NCBI GenBank assembly: GCA_951406725.2
Contig: OX597822.1
Span: 26,722,001-26,786,000 of the forward strand
Source: Octopus vulgaris
Lineage: Eukaryota
Direction of reading: 5' to 3'
Length of the DNA: 64,000 nt
Shown here in pieces: positions 61,826 to 64,000 of this stretch (the first letter of the stretch is position 1; every line of letters begins with the position of its first letter). The translations under genes and the position numbers were made by a program. Under the pieces are notes generated by a model that was given only the letters and a program-made list of their open reading frames with translations, was not told where the DNA came from and did not search any database.

Positions 61826-63675
61826 ATGTTCTTTCGAGATCATTAATGTTGCTGTTCTATGTGGTTAGTTGCCTTGCTAGATATAGCAGCTAAACCTCTC
61901 TTGAATCATATTTTTCTGTCTTAAAAATCTACAAAAGGAAAGGATACCCTGGATAATGTAGTTCTCTTGTAGTTCTGAAAACTTTGTATGAAATAAAGAT
62001 GTGATCAATTTATCTTTCATTATTGGTCATCTTGGTCAGGGCTGGAACTTAAGCTGTGTGGTAGGACGGATTTCCTTTCGTAGTGCCTGAAGGGAGTAAT
62101 ATTGACTGATGTTGGAGATGGGGGATGAATTGCTATGTTTTATAAAAGTAAGTTGGTTTCCAACGTTATTAACTCTTTAGAATTTTTATCTGGCCATTTT
62201 GAGCCCAAATATTCTATCTGTGTTCTATTTTGAAACTGGCCAGATATTGTCTCTCACACCTACCCTACAATGTCATTCTAAAAATATACAAACACACCAT
62301 TGAAATCTTGAAGCTACAAGATAATACATGATTAATTCAAAACAATGTGAATAAATAAGAAATACATTTGACAGAGAAATCTGAATGCTAAGGGTTAAAC
62401 TTGCCCAACACATCATGGTGAAGAAAGAATTCCGTGCATGCAAAGTATATTTTTTATGTTTGTATATTTGTTTTGCAAAATTCCTGATGTGAAATTATGT
62501 GTTGAAATATATTATTATATTTCAGGATGGCCATTGTTCATTTTCTTTTTGCCAAATAAACACATCACTATATATTCATTCTTCACTCCAGCATTATTAT
62601 TGTTTTTATTTTAGTGTCCTTTGTCTAAAATCTTTTGTCACACATCCCATGACCTTTTCAGCGACTCTCCATCCCATTAGTATATTTTGTCTTCTCATTA
62701 ATACAACAACAGTTTCTTACTATACCCTTGGGCCAACCAATGCCTTGGGAATGAATTTGATAAATGGTAAATGTGTAGAAGTCCATCAGTCACCGACCCC
62801 CACACCTCCACTCCTACACATGGTGATGCAAACAAGATGAAAAAGAACTCAAAACATGAGTATATACATATATTTTCAGAAACAGCTATCGGACTTGTAA
62901 CGTCTTCTAACCTCTAATTCTTTGAGTCTAAGCAATCTGAATAAGTTTGCTCTATAAAATATATATATGCCCATACTTCATTGTTTATTATCTCAAAATT
63001 TTGAATCTGCCTTCACCTCTTTTTAGATGTATACATGCACACACACACATACACACACACACACACATACATTGTACATTAAAACCCAAGGTTTGATTTG
63101 TTTATTTGAATCATTGTCTCTCTAGATATTTTCATTAATATTTAGCAGAAGCAATGGAATAATTCAAAGGCCATAGATTCATGCATTAGCACTTATCAAG
63201 CTAGCTACAGATTAAGGAGTTGTGAATTTATATACCAGTGATAATAGCATTTCCCTAGATAGTTCTGGAAGAAATAATAAAATATGTATATATTTTATAA
63301 TTATATATATAAAATATTTATATATTATAATTATATATATATATATAAAATATTTATGTATTATAATTATATATATATATATATTCCATACAATGTATTT
63401 AAAATATAAAATTATATGTGTTTTGCAATTTTAATTTTGTTTGTGAAATGAAACAATCGTAGGTGAATATGTTGATTAATTAATAAATTAATTTGTATCC
63501 ATTAGATCTCTCTGTTTTCTAACTAGATAAAAATGTTTGATATTTTATGATATTCTATTAAATATATTCATTGAAGAATTATCTTTTCAAAATTTAATAT
63601 ATTAAACCAGTGTATCTTGGATAAATATCCCTATAAGAGGTTTGAATATCCTCATTGTAATTATATATATATACA

Positions 63676-63707
<32 letters not shown>

Positions 63708-64000
63708 CATACAGTAAGACCTGTTGAGGCAAGTGAAAATCGAAATCGATCAACATCAATGGAAATTGTAGGTGTGATACCAGTGCCGGTGGCACGTAAA
63801 AAGCACCATCCGATCGTGGCTGTTTGCCAGCCTCGTCTGGTACCCGTGCCGGTGGCACGTAGAAGCACCCACTACACTCACGGAGTGGTTGGCGTTAGGA
63901 AGGGCATCCAGTCGTAGAAACATTGCCAGATCAGACTGGGCCTGGTGCAGCCTTCTGGCTTCCCAGACACCAGTTGAACCGTCCAACCCATGCTAGCATG

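Overview
AT-rich, repeat-dense animal genomic DNA. The SINE, RTE and CR1 families and the microsatellite load suggest a coleoid cephalopod, probably Octopus; this is inferred from repeat sequence, not proven. The centrepiece is a young, apparently intact Penelope-like retroelement (PLE, Neptune-type) on the minus strand at 20844-27948, inserted into a (TA)n/(CA)n tract. It has two near-identical 1.29-kb direct pseudo-LTRs and an RT + Cys-rich linker + C-terminal GIY-YIG ORF. An extra upstream ORF1 (coiled-coil plus Q/N-rich tail) overlaps the RT ORF in the +1 frame at a CUU-UUU-UAG junction. Each pLTR carries a minimal hammerhead-ribozyme-like motif with a compensatory U3-A8 core. A second, non-autonomous family appears to join a tRNA-derived Pol III head to a hammerhead-containing tail (copies at about 5.4 kb and 33.3 kb, tail also at 0.3 kb), i.e. 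a candidate PLE-mobilised ribozyme SINE. Only one host exon is confidently recognised, from an alkaline ceramidase (ACER3-like, 53762-53872, +); two weak exon candidates lie near 9-10 kb. The rest is tRNA-derived SINEs, LINE 3' fragments, Helitron-type elements, piggyBac and mariner MITEs, and simple repeats. Almost all short ORFs in the supplied track are microsatellite or SINE artefacts.
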